The notes under the pieces were generated by a model, which was not told the origin of the DNA, did no database searches, and saw only the letters and a program-made list of their open reading frames with translations. The position numbers and the translations under genes are program-made. Shown here in pieces: positions 44,883 to 54,991 of a stretch of DNA of 64,000 bases. Source of the stretch: an uncultured Chloroflexia bacterium (GTDB lineage: Bacteria; Chloroflexota; Dehalococcoidia; UBA2979); contig CAVSIV010000002.1 in assembly GCA_963728205.1 (NCBI GenBank), forward strand, positions 416,001 through 480,000, read 5' to 3'. Numbering within the stretch: position 1 is the first letter of the stretch; every line of letters begins with the position of its first letter.

Positions 44883-45583
44883 ATGGAACGACGGCTGTGG
44901 CACATCGGCGAGCTGGCGAAGGCGACGGGCCTGACGGTCCGCACGCTCCGGCACTACGAGCACGAGGGCTGCTCGTCCCCTCGGGCCGGTCGGCGGCGGG
45001 CCACCGCGTCTACGCCGAGGCCGACGTGCACCGCCTGTACGAGATCCTCGTGCTGCGGCGCATGGGGCTGCGGCTCGCCGCGATCCGCGACCAGCTCGCG
45101 CGCCCGCGCGACCTCCGCGACGTGATTCGCGACCACATCGCTGAGGCGCAGACCGAGGCGACGACGCCTCGTCGACCGGCTGCGGCGGATCGCGACCTCG
45201 ATCGAGTCGTCGGGCCGGCCCTCCTACGAGTCGTTACTGGAGGTGATGGAGCGAATGACGATGCTCGAGCGCTACCTGAGCGCGGAAGAGATGGAGCGCC
45301 TGCGAGAGCACCGGCGCGCGACGGGCGACGAGCGGATCCGGGCGTCGAGCCTGGAGCGCGATCGACTGCTGGGCGAGTTGCGCGCCGCGCACGAAGCCGG
45401 CACCGACCCGACGTCGCCGCCCGTCCGCGAGGCCGTTGACCGCGCTGTTCACGGAGTGGGCCGGCGGCGCGCAGTTCGCCGCCGGCCTCACGCGGATGGT
45501 GGAGGTCGAGGGCGGCAGAGGCCGCGTCCTACGGGCTGATGACGCAGGAGCTCGCCGAATACGTGAGGCAGGCGGCGGGGTAG
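44883..45583 (+). pseudogene. MerR (TipA/Mta-like) transcriptional regulator with multiple frameshifts
   Basis: WHIGELAKATGLTVRTLRHYE, GHRVY, GTDPTSP and ELAEYV fall in successive different frames. Confidence 0.75.
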
Positions 45584-45694
45584 ACCGGGGCGCAGTCCCG
45601 CTCCCCGGCGCCGGGGAGCGGGACCACACGCGGCGTCCGGGTTCGCCGGCGACGCCGGACCACTGCTGAGCCGGGCCCGCGGCGGTCGGTGCCC

Positions 45695-48600
45695 TCACGG
45701 CGCGGCGCCGGTTGCGCGCTGCACTCCCAACGGCAGGGTTTGAGGGTAGGTCACCACGCGTCCGTCGATGCGCAGGCGCAGTCCTGCCACGTACCGCCCG
45801 GGCTGGAGCCCCCACAGGAAGCGGTCGCCGCTGCGCCGCGCGGTGACGGGCAGGATGCTGAACCCGTCGGCCGCCTCCACCCACTCCGAGTCGCCGGGGA
45901 GCACCTCCACGAGCCGCCCGACCTCCGTGTACAGCACGACCTGGAAGGCGACCTCCGCAGCGCCGCCCCCGGCGCGCTCCACCGCGAAGGTATAGAAGTC
46001 GGTGGGCGTCCCGTCGACGGGAAGGCGCGAGGTCAGGTGGAACGTCGTCAACGACGACGCCATCAGCTGGACGAGCCGGTCGCGTTGCGCGGCGCTGAGT
46101 GGTCCCACGGCGAGCTCGCGCGCCGGCTGCCCGCCGACATCGGTGCCGCCGGGCAGTTGCAGGAAGGCGAAGCCGCGAACCGTGCTCGTCACGCTCGCAT
46201 CGATCGGCGCCGACGAGAGCACGACCCGCCCGAGCGACGCGAACGGGTTGATGGGGACGTAGCTCCGCCGCAGCGTGCGCGACACCGTCGTCTCGGTGCG
46301 GATGACGTCGCTCTGTCGGACGGTCGGCTCGAGGATCTGCGTGGATTCGGCGGCCGGGACCAGCGCGTTCGGCGGCGGCGTCACGACGTCCGGCGGCATC
46401 GGGATCGGGCCGGTGACGCCGGGGACCGGCAGATCGGGGTAGCTCGGGATCAGGATCGCGTCGCCGCGACTCACGCGCGTGAACCGAGAGGACTCGAGGA
46501 ATCGCTCCGGGAAGCCGCTCTCGTAGACGCCGAACGCGATGTGGATGCGCCCGCCGGAATAGAGATCGGCAGCCGACCGGAAGGCTTCGAGGTTGGTCAG
46601 CCCCTCGCGGCTCTGGGCGAAGTGGTGGCTCACCCAGTACTCGCCGTTGTGGATGAGCCCTTCGTCGATGCCGGTGGCGATCTTCGCCAGCTGGCTGTCG
46701 AGCGAGCGTGTGATCGAGAGTCCGTCCTCGAAGAACTTCGCGTCGAGCAGGATGCGGCGGCCGTCGCGCAGCTGCAGGAGAACGTCCGCCTCGAGCACGT
46801 TCGCGTAGCGCGTGCCCTCCGCCACGTTGAGCCGGTCGATCTCCTGGAGCCACCAGCGGCGGCCCATCACGATACGCGCGCCCTCGCGCTCGACGTCGTC
46901 GAGGATGCGCGACACCAGCAGCGCCTCGAACGCGTGCCCGCGGTTTCCGGCGACGAGCGAGTCGAACAGGCGCGGGTTGGTCCGGCTTACGCGATTCATG
47001 ACCCCGTCGATGCCCTTGATGCGATCGAGCGCGACGGCGAGGTCCATGTTCAGGCGCGGCGTGTTCAGGTACTTCGTGTAGCTGCGGTTCCTCATGATGG
47101 CGTGCAGCGCCGAGTTATCAATCTCGGGGTCCCGGAAGAGCCGGCGCAGCGGCGCGAATGCCGCGTCGTCCCAGTCGCTCACCTTCGGCACGCCGAAGGC
47201 GAAGAACCCGAACTCGAGGTCGTCGGCGGCGCCGGCTTTCGCGGCCGCCTGGCGGATCGGCTGCAGGAACTCGTCGTTGATGATGCGATCGAGATCCTCC
47301 ACGGATGCACCGCGCTTCGCCGCGGACTTGAGCCGCCCGAGGAAGCCGGCGTCGGCGCTGCCGAGTCCGCGCGGAACGCGCCGGCCCTCCAGCCGCGCGA
47401 GCAGCTTCTCGCGCAGGTCGGCGGGGCGACCGAGCAGGTGCTCCAGGGTGCCGTCGCCGACCAGCGAGCGGAAGAAGCCCTCGCGCGGCGGCGGCGGCAC
47501 CGCCTTCACTGGGAGCTCGCGGAGCCGGATGCGCTGCCAGTCCCGCGCGAACTCGTCCCAGGAGAGCGGCGAGAGGTCGCGGGCGCGCAGCTCTTCGAAG
47601 TGGCGGGCGTACGCGTCGTCGATGAGCGGCACGTAGCGGCGGTCGATCGACTGCCGGACAGCGGGCGTCGCCTGCTCGATCGCGTCGGCGGCGCTCGCGG
47701 GCGGGTCGGCGAGCCGCCGGGAGTGGGACAAATCCACGGGCGCCGTCGAGGCGTCCCCGGCGGACCGGCGCGCCGCCGCGAGGTCGACGTCGCCGGTCGC
47801 GCGACCGATGGCGTCCGCGTCGGCGGCCTCGGTGAGTCGCGCAGTCGCGCGCGCGTCGGTGACGTCTCCGCCGAGCGTGGCCAGCTCGTCCAGTGAGCGC
47901 GGCAGCGCCGATGCCTCGTCGGCGAAGTCGAGCGTGCGCAGCGCCGAGCGCGCCTCAGAGATGCCGCCCACCACGTCGACGATCGAGAAGACGACGTCGA
48001 CGCCTGCCCAGAAGGCCGACTCGCGCGCCTCCGCCTGCGTCACCAGCGTCTCGTCGACGCTCACGTCGGAGTCGCTCAGTGCGTCCTTGAAGACCGCCTG
48101 ATCGACAGAGACCACGGCGGCGAACACCCCCAGCGCGATCGATACCGGCGGACAGAAGAAGGAGAAGACGAGCGAGCCCAGTCCGAGCACGAGCTGGAAC
48201 GTCCCGGCCTGCTCCTTCAGCCGCTGCACCGCCCAGAAGTACTCAGCGTCGCCGTTGATCGCTTCGCGCTGCTCCTTCTCCACCGTCCCGACGATGCGGG
48301 GGATGCTCATGATGCGCGGTGGGACGATGGTCAGCATCCGGCGGATGTCCTCCATGTCGTCCTCGAGCATGCGGACCGCCCGCCCGTTGTCGCTCTTCAG
48401 ATCCCGCACGACGCCGAGCACCGCGTCCGCGATCTGGTCGGTGGTGCGGCTGTGGATCGTGCCCCACGACAGCCGGCCCAGCAGCGGCGTCCCCTGCCGC
48501 AGGCGCTGGAGCTTGTGATCGAGCAACTCGACGAGCTCGTCGAGCGACATCGGGTGCCCGGCAGCTGCGAGGTCCCGTTCCATCTGCGGCACGATGCGCT

Positions 48601-49372
48601 CGACGAGCGCGGTGTAGGCATCGCGCTTGCCGAGGGCGAGCGTCGTCACGTACGTGGTCGCGCTCAGGTAGCGCAGGTACGTGAGCAGGTTGAAGAAGTC
48701 GCGCAGGTTCTCGAGTGCGTAGTAGGAGGTCGCCTTCTCGCGCAGCTGCGACACCATCTGCTGGAAGGCGTCGGTCCGGTCGCGCGCAGCGGCCGCGAGA
48801 TTGTCGAGCTCGGTCTTGCTGTGTGCCAGCAGGTTGCGCGCGAGGTTAACGCAGAGGTCGATGAACAGGATCTCGCGGCTCTTCGAGTCGTCGACCTCGT
48901 AGCTGAGCACGCCGAACAGCGGCTCGGGTCGGTCGCTGTTGTTGTAGAAGAGGAGGCCACGTCCGCCGACAATCGCAGCGAAGTGGTCTCGGCTCTCGGA
49001 CGCGATCCGGGCCTCGATGCTCAGCGCGAGGAACCGCGCCTCCGAGCCCGCGAATTGGACGGCGAAGACGGGGAATTGCTTGGTCCCGGCCGGACGATCC
49101 TGGTGCGAGACGTAGTAGTAGCCGTTCGGCAGTGCGATCCCGAAGTCCTTCATGCCGGCGTCCGACGAGACCGGCTCGATTGTGAGCACGTCGGGCGTGG
49201 CCCCGGCCAGGATCGTGAGCGACGACGCCTGGAGCTCCCCGATGAGCACGTCGCCGGCGGTCGGCGCCGAGTACGGCGGCGTAATCTGGATCTCGGTCAG
49301 GTCGCGGAAGAGCCCCGGGCGGCCGAGCAGCGCCTGGAGGTTCGCCGCGACCTCAGCGTGAGGGAGCGGCAT
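45695..49372 (-). CDS. Large hypothetical protein, putative toxin/effector (helical region, hydrophobic hairpin, PD-(D/E)xK-like motif)
   Basis: Uninterrupted 1225-aa ORF with a GGGGAGG RBS; LVLGLGSLVFSFFCPPVSIALGVFAAVV and GHAFE...EADV...LLDAKFF. Confidence 0.7.
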   Translation of the reverse strand: MPLPHAEVAANLQALLGRPGLFRDLTEIQITPPYSAPTAGDVLIGELQASSLTILAGATPDVLTIEPVSSDAGMKDFGIALPNGYYYVSHQDRPAGTKQFPVFAVQFAGSEARFLALSIEARIASESRDHFAAIVGGRGLLFYNNSDRPEPLFGVLSYEVDDSKSREILFIDLCVNLARNLLAHSKTELDNLAAAARDRTDAFQQMVSQLREKATSYYALENLRDFFNLLTYLRYLSATTYVTTLALGKRDAYTALVERIVPQMERDLAAAGHPMSLDELVELLDHKLQRLRQGTPLLGRLSWGTIHSRTTDQIADAVLGVVRDLKSDNGRAVRMLEDDMEDIRRMLTIVPPRIMSIPRIVGTVEKEQREAINGDAEYFWAVQRLKEQAGTFQLVLGLGSLVFSFFCPPVSIALGVFAAVVSVDQAVFKDALSDSDVSVDETLVTQAEARESAFWAGVDVVFSIVDVVGGISEARSALRTLDFADEASALPRSLDELATLGGDVTDARATARLTEAADADAIGRATGDVDLAAARRSAGDASTAPVDLSHSRRLADPPASAADAIEQATPAVRQSIDRRYVPLIDDAYARHFEELRARDLSPLSWDEFARDWQRIRLRELPVKAVPPPPREGFFRSLVGDGTLEHLLGRPADLREKLLARLEGRRVPRGLGSADAGFLGRLKSAAKRGASVEDLDRIINDEFLQPIRQAAAKAGAADDLEFGFFAFGVPKVSDWDDAAFAPLRRLFRDPEIDNSALHAIMRNRSYTKYLNTPRLNMDLAVALDRIKGIDGVMNRVSRTNPRLFDSLVAGNRGHAFEALLVSRILDDVEREGARIVMGRRWWLQEIDRLNVAEGTRYANVLEADVLLQLRDGRRILLDAKFFEDGLSITRSLDSQLAKIATGIDEGLIHNGEYWVSHHFAQSREGLTNLEAFRSAADLYSGGRIHIAFGVYESGFPERFLESSRFTRVSRGDAILIPSYPDLPVPGVTGPIPMPPDVVTPPPNALVPAAESTQILEPTVRQSDVIRTETTVSRTLRRSYVPINPFASLGRVVLSSAPIDASVTSTVRGFAFLQLPGGTDVGGQPARELAVGPLSAAQRDRLVQLMASSLTTFHLTSRLPVDGTPTDFYTFAVERAGGGAAEVAFQVVLYTEVGRLVEVLPGDSEWVEAADGFSILPVTARRSGDRFLWGLQPGRYVAGLRLRIDGRVVTYPQTLPLGVQRATGAAP

Positions 49373-50765
49373 GGTCGTCCTCCCCTCGCCCCGGGTCGCG
49401 CATGTCGACGAACGAGAACACCGTGTGCGCGGTCGACGGCACCGGGGGCGTCGCCGCCTGCTCCTCGGCGTCGAGCACGGTCACGCCGTCGACGACGAGG
49501 ATGTACGGCCGACTGGAGAGGTTCGCGACGCTGATCTCACCGTCGGCGGCCGTCCGGCCGTGCTCGACTGCGGTGCCGTCGAGGTCGCGCAGCTCCCAGT
49601 CGAGTCCGGAGAGCGCGCGGCCGGTGGAGTCGGCGAGCCGCATCCGCAGCGTGACGAGCAGGTCGAGCCGCGCGTACAGATGCAGGTCGGGGTGTCCTGG
49701 GACATCGTCGGCATCGGCGGCCGCGAACGGCTCGTCCATGAGCGCGACGCCGAACCCGAGGGCCGGGACGTCCTCGCCGGGAATCGCCTCGGGCACGCGC
49801 CAGTCGACGCGCATCACGCTCGCGTCGGCGAGAGGAGCGTCGACTCGCTCCAAAAACATTGAGCCGGCCGCCGTGACCGCGGAGATGTCGAACGTCACCC
49901 GCTGGCCGGCCACGCCGCCGCTCAGGATCGCGACCAGCTGCACGACTTCGCCGGCATGCGCGGACCCCCGGCTCCACCCGGCGGCGACGACGCGTCCGAG
50001 CGCTGAGGGGACGAGCGCGGCGGGGTCGTCGATGATGGCATCGGCGGCGACTGCGACGCGGTGTGCCGCCATGACGGCCGGCTGGCCGGCCGCCTGCGGC
50101 TGGAAGTGGACGAGCACCGCGCGGTCGACGCCGCCTGCATCGCTTCCGCGCACGGCGACGACGCGCTCGTCGCTTGCGCCGACGACCGGGAGCGCGCGCT
50201 GCCCGAGCGTGAACCAGTCGAATGCGCCCTCGGCCGGCGGATGGACGACCGCCGCGTATCGCACATCGGTGTCCGGCGGGACCAGGTCGGGGGCGGCGCC
50301 GACGCCGTCGGAGGCGCGGATCGCGACAACGGCCGGCACGTCCCCGACCGAGAGCGGCACGGAGTCGCGCGTCTCCCCTTCGATCTGCACGTCGAGCATG
50401 ACGTCCGGCTGCTCTCCGACCGTCGCGGAGACGCCGTACAGCGCGAGGAGCTGCTCGGTGTCGGAGGTGAGCTCCCGGCTGGTCGGCCCGTCGGGGCGGT
50501 CGAAGCGAATGTCGCCCGATGCGGCGTCCGAGCGCTTGCGCAGGGCGAGCACGACGGGCCGCGCATCCTCGGGCCGGCCCGGGGCCCCGGTGCCGCCATC
50601 CGAAGCGCGCCACCGCACCGAGACGTAGAAGGGGGAGCGCCGTCCCGCCGGGATGCGGTCGGAGCAGGCGACGACGACGGTCGCACGCCAGTGATCGCGG
50701 CTGATGGTGCCGCGCACGACCTCTCGCCCGATGGTGCGGTGGACCACGTGTGCGCATCCGCTCAC
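49353..50765 (-). CDS. Hypothetical beta-rich protein with a C-terminal transthyretin/prealbumin-like segment
   Basis: 470-aa ORF overlapping the start of the next gene; LRMRLADSTGRALSG...GRTAADGEI. The start codon is uncertain. Confidence 0.6.
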   Translation of the reverse strand: MSGCAHVVHRTIGREVVRGTISRDHWRATVVVACSDRIPAGRRSPFYVSVRWRASDGGTGAPGRPEDARPVVLALRKRSDAASGDIRFDRPDGPTSRELTSDTEQLLALYGVSATVGEQPDVMLDVQIEGETRDSVPLSVGDVPAVVAIRASDGVGAAPDLVPPDTDVRYAAVVHPPAEGAFDWFTLGQRALPVVGASDERVVAVRGSDAGGVDRAVLVHFQPQAAGQPAVMAAHRVAVAADAIIDDPAALVPSALGRVVAAGWSRGSAHAGEVVQLVAILSGGVAGQRVTFDISAVTAAGSMFLERVDAPLADASVMRVDWRVPEAIPGEDVPALGFGVALMDEPFAAADADDVPGHPDLHLYARLDLLVTLRMRLADSTGRALSGLDWELRDLDGTAVEHGRTAADGEISVANLSSRPYILVVDGVTVLDAEEQAATPPVPSTAHTVFSFVDMRDPGRGEDDHAAPSR

Positions 50766-51164
50766 GCGGGCGGACGCACGGCCGCACCCGCTCAGTCACG
50801 TCGAGCGAGCCGGCCCGCGCTGCAGTGTACAACCGCGACGCGCACCCGCCGCATGATTCGCGGAGCGGCGCGGCTCCTCGCCCTCCTCAACCCCGCGGCT
50901 CGCCGAACTCGGGCGCTGCACCCGCTCGGAGACGACGAGAGTCGTCAGGCGACTACGGCAGCCCCTTGGTTGCCCCCCAAGGCACGCGCCGTAGGCAAGT
51001 GTGCTTGAACCTTGAGAGAGCTCGACGTCCTTGATTGCCAGTGCGTTCGAAGCGGTTCGAGGGTCGCTGACATCGGGAGAGGCGCGAACGCCAGGTCGTC
51101 CGCGCTCGCGTGCGGAATTCTTGTTCGACTCGCGGCGCGGAACATCCGCAAATCAGTGAGAAGC

Positions 51165-51253
51165 TGGTGCCGAAGGAGGGACTCGAACCCTCACGGGCCT
51201 CTCGGCCCAACGGTTTTTGAGACCGTCGCGTCTGCCGGTTCCGCCACTTCGGC
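51165..51253 (-). tRNA. tRNA-Leu(CAA)
   Basis: GCCGAAG...ACGGT-CTCAAAA-ACCGT, long variable arm, GTTCGAGTC...CTTCGGCACCA. Confidence 0.96.
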
Positions 51254-51407
51254 GCGGGTCCTGAGTATCGGGCGGCCCGCGATCGCCGTCGACTCCGACG
51301 CCCGCGGCACACGGGGGTCATGTGCACGGCGGGACGTTTGCACGTGCGACGTTTCCGTGTACGGGCGCAGACTCTAGGCTCGATGGGCAGCCGGGCGGAG
51401 TGCGTCG

Positions 51408-52322
51408 ATGCTCGAGTTCGTCGATCTCGTGAAGCGCTACGGCGACGTCGTCGCGCTCGACGGCTGCGACTTCACCGTCGCGCCGGGGCGCATGGTGGGC
51501 TTCCTCGGTCCGAACGGCTCGGGCAAGACCACCGCGATGCGCAGCGTCTTCGGGCTCGTCGAGCCCGACCGCGGCGAGGTGCGCTGGGCCGGCCACCGCG
51601 TGCACGACGCGGACCGGTTGCGCTTCGGCTACATGCCCGAGGAACGCGGCCTCTACCCGCGCATGCGCGTCGCCGAGCAGGTCGAGTACTTCGCGCGCCT
51701 GCACGGCATGCCCGCGCACGACGCGGCGCGTGCCGCCGCGAGCTGGCTCGAACGCCTCGGCCTCGGCGACCGCGCCACTTCCCGCGTCGAGGAGCTGTCC
51801 CACGGCAACCAGCAGCGAGCGCAGCTCGCCGTCGCGCTGGCGCACGAGCCCGACCTGCTCGTGCTCGACGAGCCGTTCGCCGGGCTCGACCCGCTGGGCG
51901 TCGCATCGCTCGGCGCAATCGTGCGCGAGGAGGCGGCCCGCGGCGCGGCCGTCGTGTTCTCCAGCCACCAGCTCGACCTCGTCGAGGACCTCTGCGACGA
52001 CATCGCAATCATCGACCACGGGCGCATCGTGCTCGCCGGCCCGCTGCGCCAGGTGCGGGCGGCGTCGCGCTTCCGCTACGTGCAGGTCGCGCTCGACGGC
52101 GACGGCCGCGCGTCCGGCGGCACGCCGCGCGGCGCATGGCCTCCGGCCGGCGGCGACGTCGAGGTGCTGTGGCAGCGCAACGGCGAGACGCGCCTGCGCG
52201 TCCCCGCGGGCGCGGACCCGGAGCCGCTGCTCGAGGAGGCGAAGCGCGCCGGCGGCGTCGAGTACTTCCGGTTCGAGCCTCCGTCGCTCGACGACCTGTT
52301 CATGGAGGCGGTGGGACGATGA
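51408..52322 (+). CDS. ABC-2 exporter ATP-binding subunit
   Basis: GPNGSGKT, LSHGNQQ and LVLDEP. Confidence 0.94.
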   Translation: MLEFVDLVKRYGDVVALDGCDFTVAPGRMVGFLGPNGSGKTTAMRSVFGLVEPDRGEVRWAGHRVHDADRLRFGYMPEERGLYPRMRVAEQVEYFARLHGMPAHDAARAAASWLERLGLGDRATSRVEELSHGNQQRAQLAVALAHEPDLLVLDEPFAGLDPLGVASLGAIVREEAARGAAVVFSSHQLDLVEDLCDDIAIIDHGRIVLAGPLRQVRAASRFRYVQVALDGDGRASGGTPRGAWPPAGGDVEVLWQRNGETRLRVPAGADPEPLLEEAKRAGGVEYFRFEPPSLDDLFMEAVGR

Positions 52323-53533
52323 GGCCGTTCACCGCCGCGTCGCTCGTCGCGCTGCGCGAGATCCGGGAGCGCGCGCGCACGCGCTCGTACGCCGTATGGA
52401 CGGCGGTGATCGTGGCGACGGTCGTCGGACTGGTGGTCGCGGCGAACGTGCTGCCGGGCGTGCTCGAGCCGGAGCCCCCGACGCTGGGCGTGACGCCGGC
52501 GATCTCGCAGTCGCTCACGACGCAGATCGGCGCCAGCAGCACGCAGCTCGGGATCGACGTCACGGTCGTGCGCGTCGCCGACGCCGCGACCGGCCGCTCG
52601 GAGCTGAGCGACGGCACGCTCGACGCGCTGCTCGTTGACCCGAGCACGCTGCTCTTCCAGAAGGAGACCGACACCTCGCTGGCGGCGGTCGTGAACCAGG
52701 CGGTGCAGGTCGAGTCGCTGCCGCGACGCCTCGCGGCGGTCGGGCTGACCGCGCAGCAGGCGCAGCCGCTGATCGCGCCGACGCCGGTCGACGTGCAGGT
52801 GGAGCAGCCGCCGAAGCCCGGCGCGCCGACGGGCTCGCCGTACGAGCGCGAGGGCTACCTCGTCGCCACCGTCAGCGTCGTGCTGCTCTACATGGCGCTC
52901 GCGCTGTACGGCGGGCTGGTGCTGAACGGCGTCGTCGAGGAGAAGTCGAATCGCGTAGTCGAGGTGCTGCTCGGCACGCTGCGGCCGTCGGAGCTGCTCG
53001 GCGGCAAGGTGTTCGGGATCGTGGCCGTCGCGCTCATGCAGCTGCTGGCGGCGCTGGCGGCCGGCGGGGTCGCGCTGCTCGTGGTCGGGCACGCGCACAT
53101 CCCGTCGATCGCGTTCGGCACGACGGCGATGGCAGTGGCGTGGTTCGTGCTCGGGCTGATCTTCTACAACTTCGCGTACGCCGCCGTCGGCGCGACGGTC
53201 TCGCGCCCGTCCGATGCGCAGAGCGCGGCCCTCCCCATCACGATGCTGCTGCTCGTGCCGTACCTCGCGTCGTTCGTCGTGATCCCAAACAACCCCGACG
53301 GTCCGCTCGCGACGGTGCTCTCGCTGCTGCCGGTCTCGGCACCGATGGCGATGCCGGCGCGCTTCGCCGAAGGGAACCCCCCGACCTGGGAGGTGGCGCT
53401 GGCGTTTGCGCTGATGGTGCCGGCGACGCTGGGGATGGTGTGGCTGTCCGGGCGCATCTACCGCGGGGCGGTGCTGCGCGGCGGCCAGCGCGTGAAGCTG
53501 CTGACGGCGCTGCGCGCCGGCAGGCCCTCGTGA
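52319..53533 (+). CDS. ABC-2 exporter permease (NatB-like)
   Basis: VVEEKSNRVVEVLL; about six TM segments. Confidence 0.9.
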   Translation: MRPFTAASLVALREIRERARTRSYAVWTAVIVATVVGLVVAANVLPGVLEPEPPTLGVTPAISQSLTTQIGASSTQLGIDVTVVRVADAATGRSELSDGTLDALLVDPSTLLFQKETDTSLAAVVNQAVQVESLPRRLAAVGLTAQQAQPLIAPTPVDVQVEQPPKPGAPTGSPYEREGYLVATVSVVLLYMALALYGGLVLNGVVEEKSNRVVEVLLGTLRPSELLGGKVFGIVAVALMQLLAALAAGGVALLVVGHAHIPSIAFGTTAMAVAWFVLGLIFYNFAYAAVGATVSRPSDAQSAALPITMLLLVPYLASFVVIPNNPDGPLATVLSLLPVSAPMAMPARFAEGNPPTWEVALAFALMVPATLGMVWLSGRIYRGAVLRGGQRVKLLTALRAGRPS

Positions 53534-53659
53534 GCCGCCGCGCGGCGTGACGCTCCGGCGGTCGGCGGCGCGCGGTCAGCCGGGGTAGCCGGGCCGCGGC
53601 GCACGCGGAATGCGCGCCGCGGCCTCGATGCCCCGGGGCACTCCGCGGCGCTCCCGGCG

Positions 53660-54319
53660 CTAGGCGGGCGGGTCGAGGAGCGCGTGGCGGAGGGTCTCGA
53701 AGAGCCAGTGCGTGAAGCGGGTCTGGCTCCAGCCGCGCGTCATGACGAGGGACTCGTACAGGCGGCCATCGATCAGCGTCCAGATGATGTCGGCGGCCGT
53801 CTCGACAGTCATCCCGGGCGCGAGCCAGCCACGCTCGTGCAGCAACTGAGCGACAACGCGCTGCCCGCGCATGCGCTGATCGACCGAGAGGGACTTCCAC
53901 AGCGCCGCGAGCTCCGGATCGGCGCCGGCGGCGCCTTCCGCGATGCGCTGCACCGGCGCCACGCGGCGGTTGATCGCGACCATGTTCGCGGTGTGCACCC
54001 GGAGCAGCTGCACGGGATCATCGAGGTCGACGATCGCGCGGTAGAAGCTGCGTTCGCGCACCGGCAGGCCTGACGCGTCGCGTCCGGCGATCGCGCGAGT
54101 GATGAGCTCGGCGAGGATCGCCGGCTTGGTGCCGATCGCCGTGTAGATGGTGGGCGCGGCCACGCCTGCCTCGGCGGCGACGTCGGCGATCGTCGTCGCG
54201 ACGTACCCGGCTCGCGCGAAGCGGGTCATCGCCGCAGCGAGGATGCGCTCGCGGGTCTGCTCGGCCTGCTCGGCGCGACGCGGGGATCGATAGCGTCGGC
54301 GCTTGACGGCTTCGCTCAT
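53660..54319 (-). CDS. TetR-family transcriptional regulator
   Basis: TRERILAAA...TTIADVAAEAGVAAPTIY. Confidence 0.92.
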   Translation of the reverse strand: MSEAVKRRRYRSPRRAEQAEQTRERILAAAMTRFARAGYVATTIADVAAEAGVAAPTIYTAIGTKPAILAELITRAIAGRDASGLPVRERSFYRAIVDLDDPVQLLRVHTANMVAINRRVAPVQRIAEGAAGADPELAALWKSLSVDQRMRGQRVVAQLLHERGWLAPGMTVETAADIIWTLIDGRLYESLVMTRGWSQTRFTHWLFETLRHALLDPPA

Positions 54320-54383
54320 ATTCGATATATGCCGTTACTAATGAATCATGTCATAGCGTGATGATTATGAGGAGGGTACCAAC

Positions 54384-54878
54384 GTGAGCGCCCCGCGACA
54401 ACACAGCCACCTGCTGCCCGACCAGGGGCACGCCGTGCGTGCGCGCGGAGACATCTACGTCTTCAAGACGCGCGCCGCCGAAACCGAAGGGCATTACTCG
54501 CTCTTCGAAGCGCGCACGCTGCCGGACGGCGGCGTCCCGCCGCACTACCACACGCGCGACGAGGAGACCTTCTACGTCCTCGAGGGGCAGTACGAGATCC
54601 AGATCGGGGACGAGACCATCGTCGCGGGTCCCGGCGCGTGCCTGCACGTGCCCCGTCCGCTGCCCCACGCGTTCCGCAACGTCGGCGGCGGACCGGCCCG
54701 GATGCTCGTCGTCGTCTCGCCCGGGGGCCTGCACGAGCAGTACTTCGACGAGGCCTGGGAGCCGATCGACGACCTCGAGCAGGTGCCGCCCCCGCCGGCG
54801 ACGCCCCCGGACATGGCGCGCGTCGCGGCCGCGCTGAAGCGCGCGGGCATGGAGATGCTCCCCGAGCCCGGGCGCTGA
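54384..54878 (+). CDS. Cupin (quercetin-dioxygenase-like)
   Basis: PPHYHTRDEETFYVLEG and PHAFRN. Confidence 0.88.
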   Translation: MSAPRQHSHLLPDQGHAVRARGDIYVFKTRAAETEGHYSLFEARTLPDGGVPPHYHTRDEETFYVLEGQYEIQIGDETIVAGPGACLHVPRPLPHAFRNVGGGPARMLVVVSPGGLHEQYFDEAWEPIDDLEQVPPPPATPPDMARVAAALKRAGMEMLPEPGR

Positions 54879-54991
54879 GGCGCGAACCCGGGCAGGCGTG
54901 CGCATCCACAAATGAGTTGGTCAGCGTGCGGCCGGCCGCGCCGCGAGTCGGCCCGCGCGACCGCGCCCTCGTGGGTCGAAAGGGACGTCCG

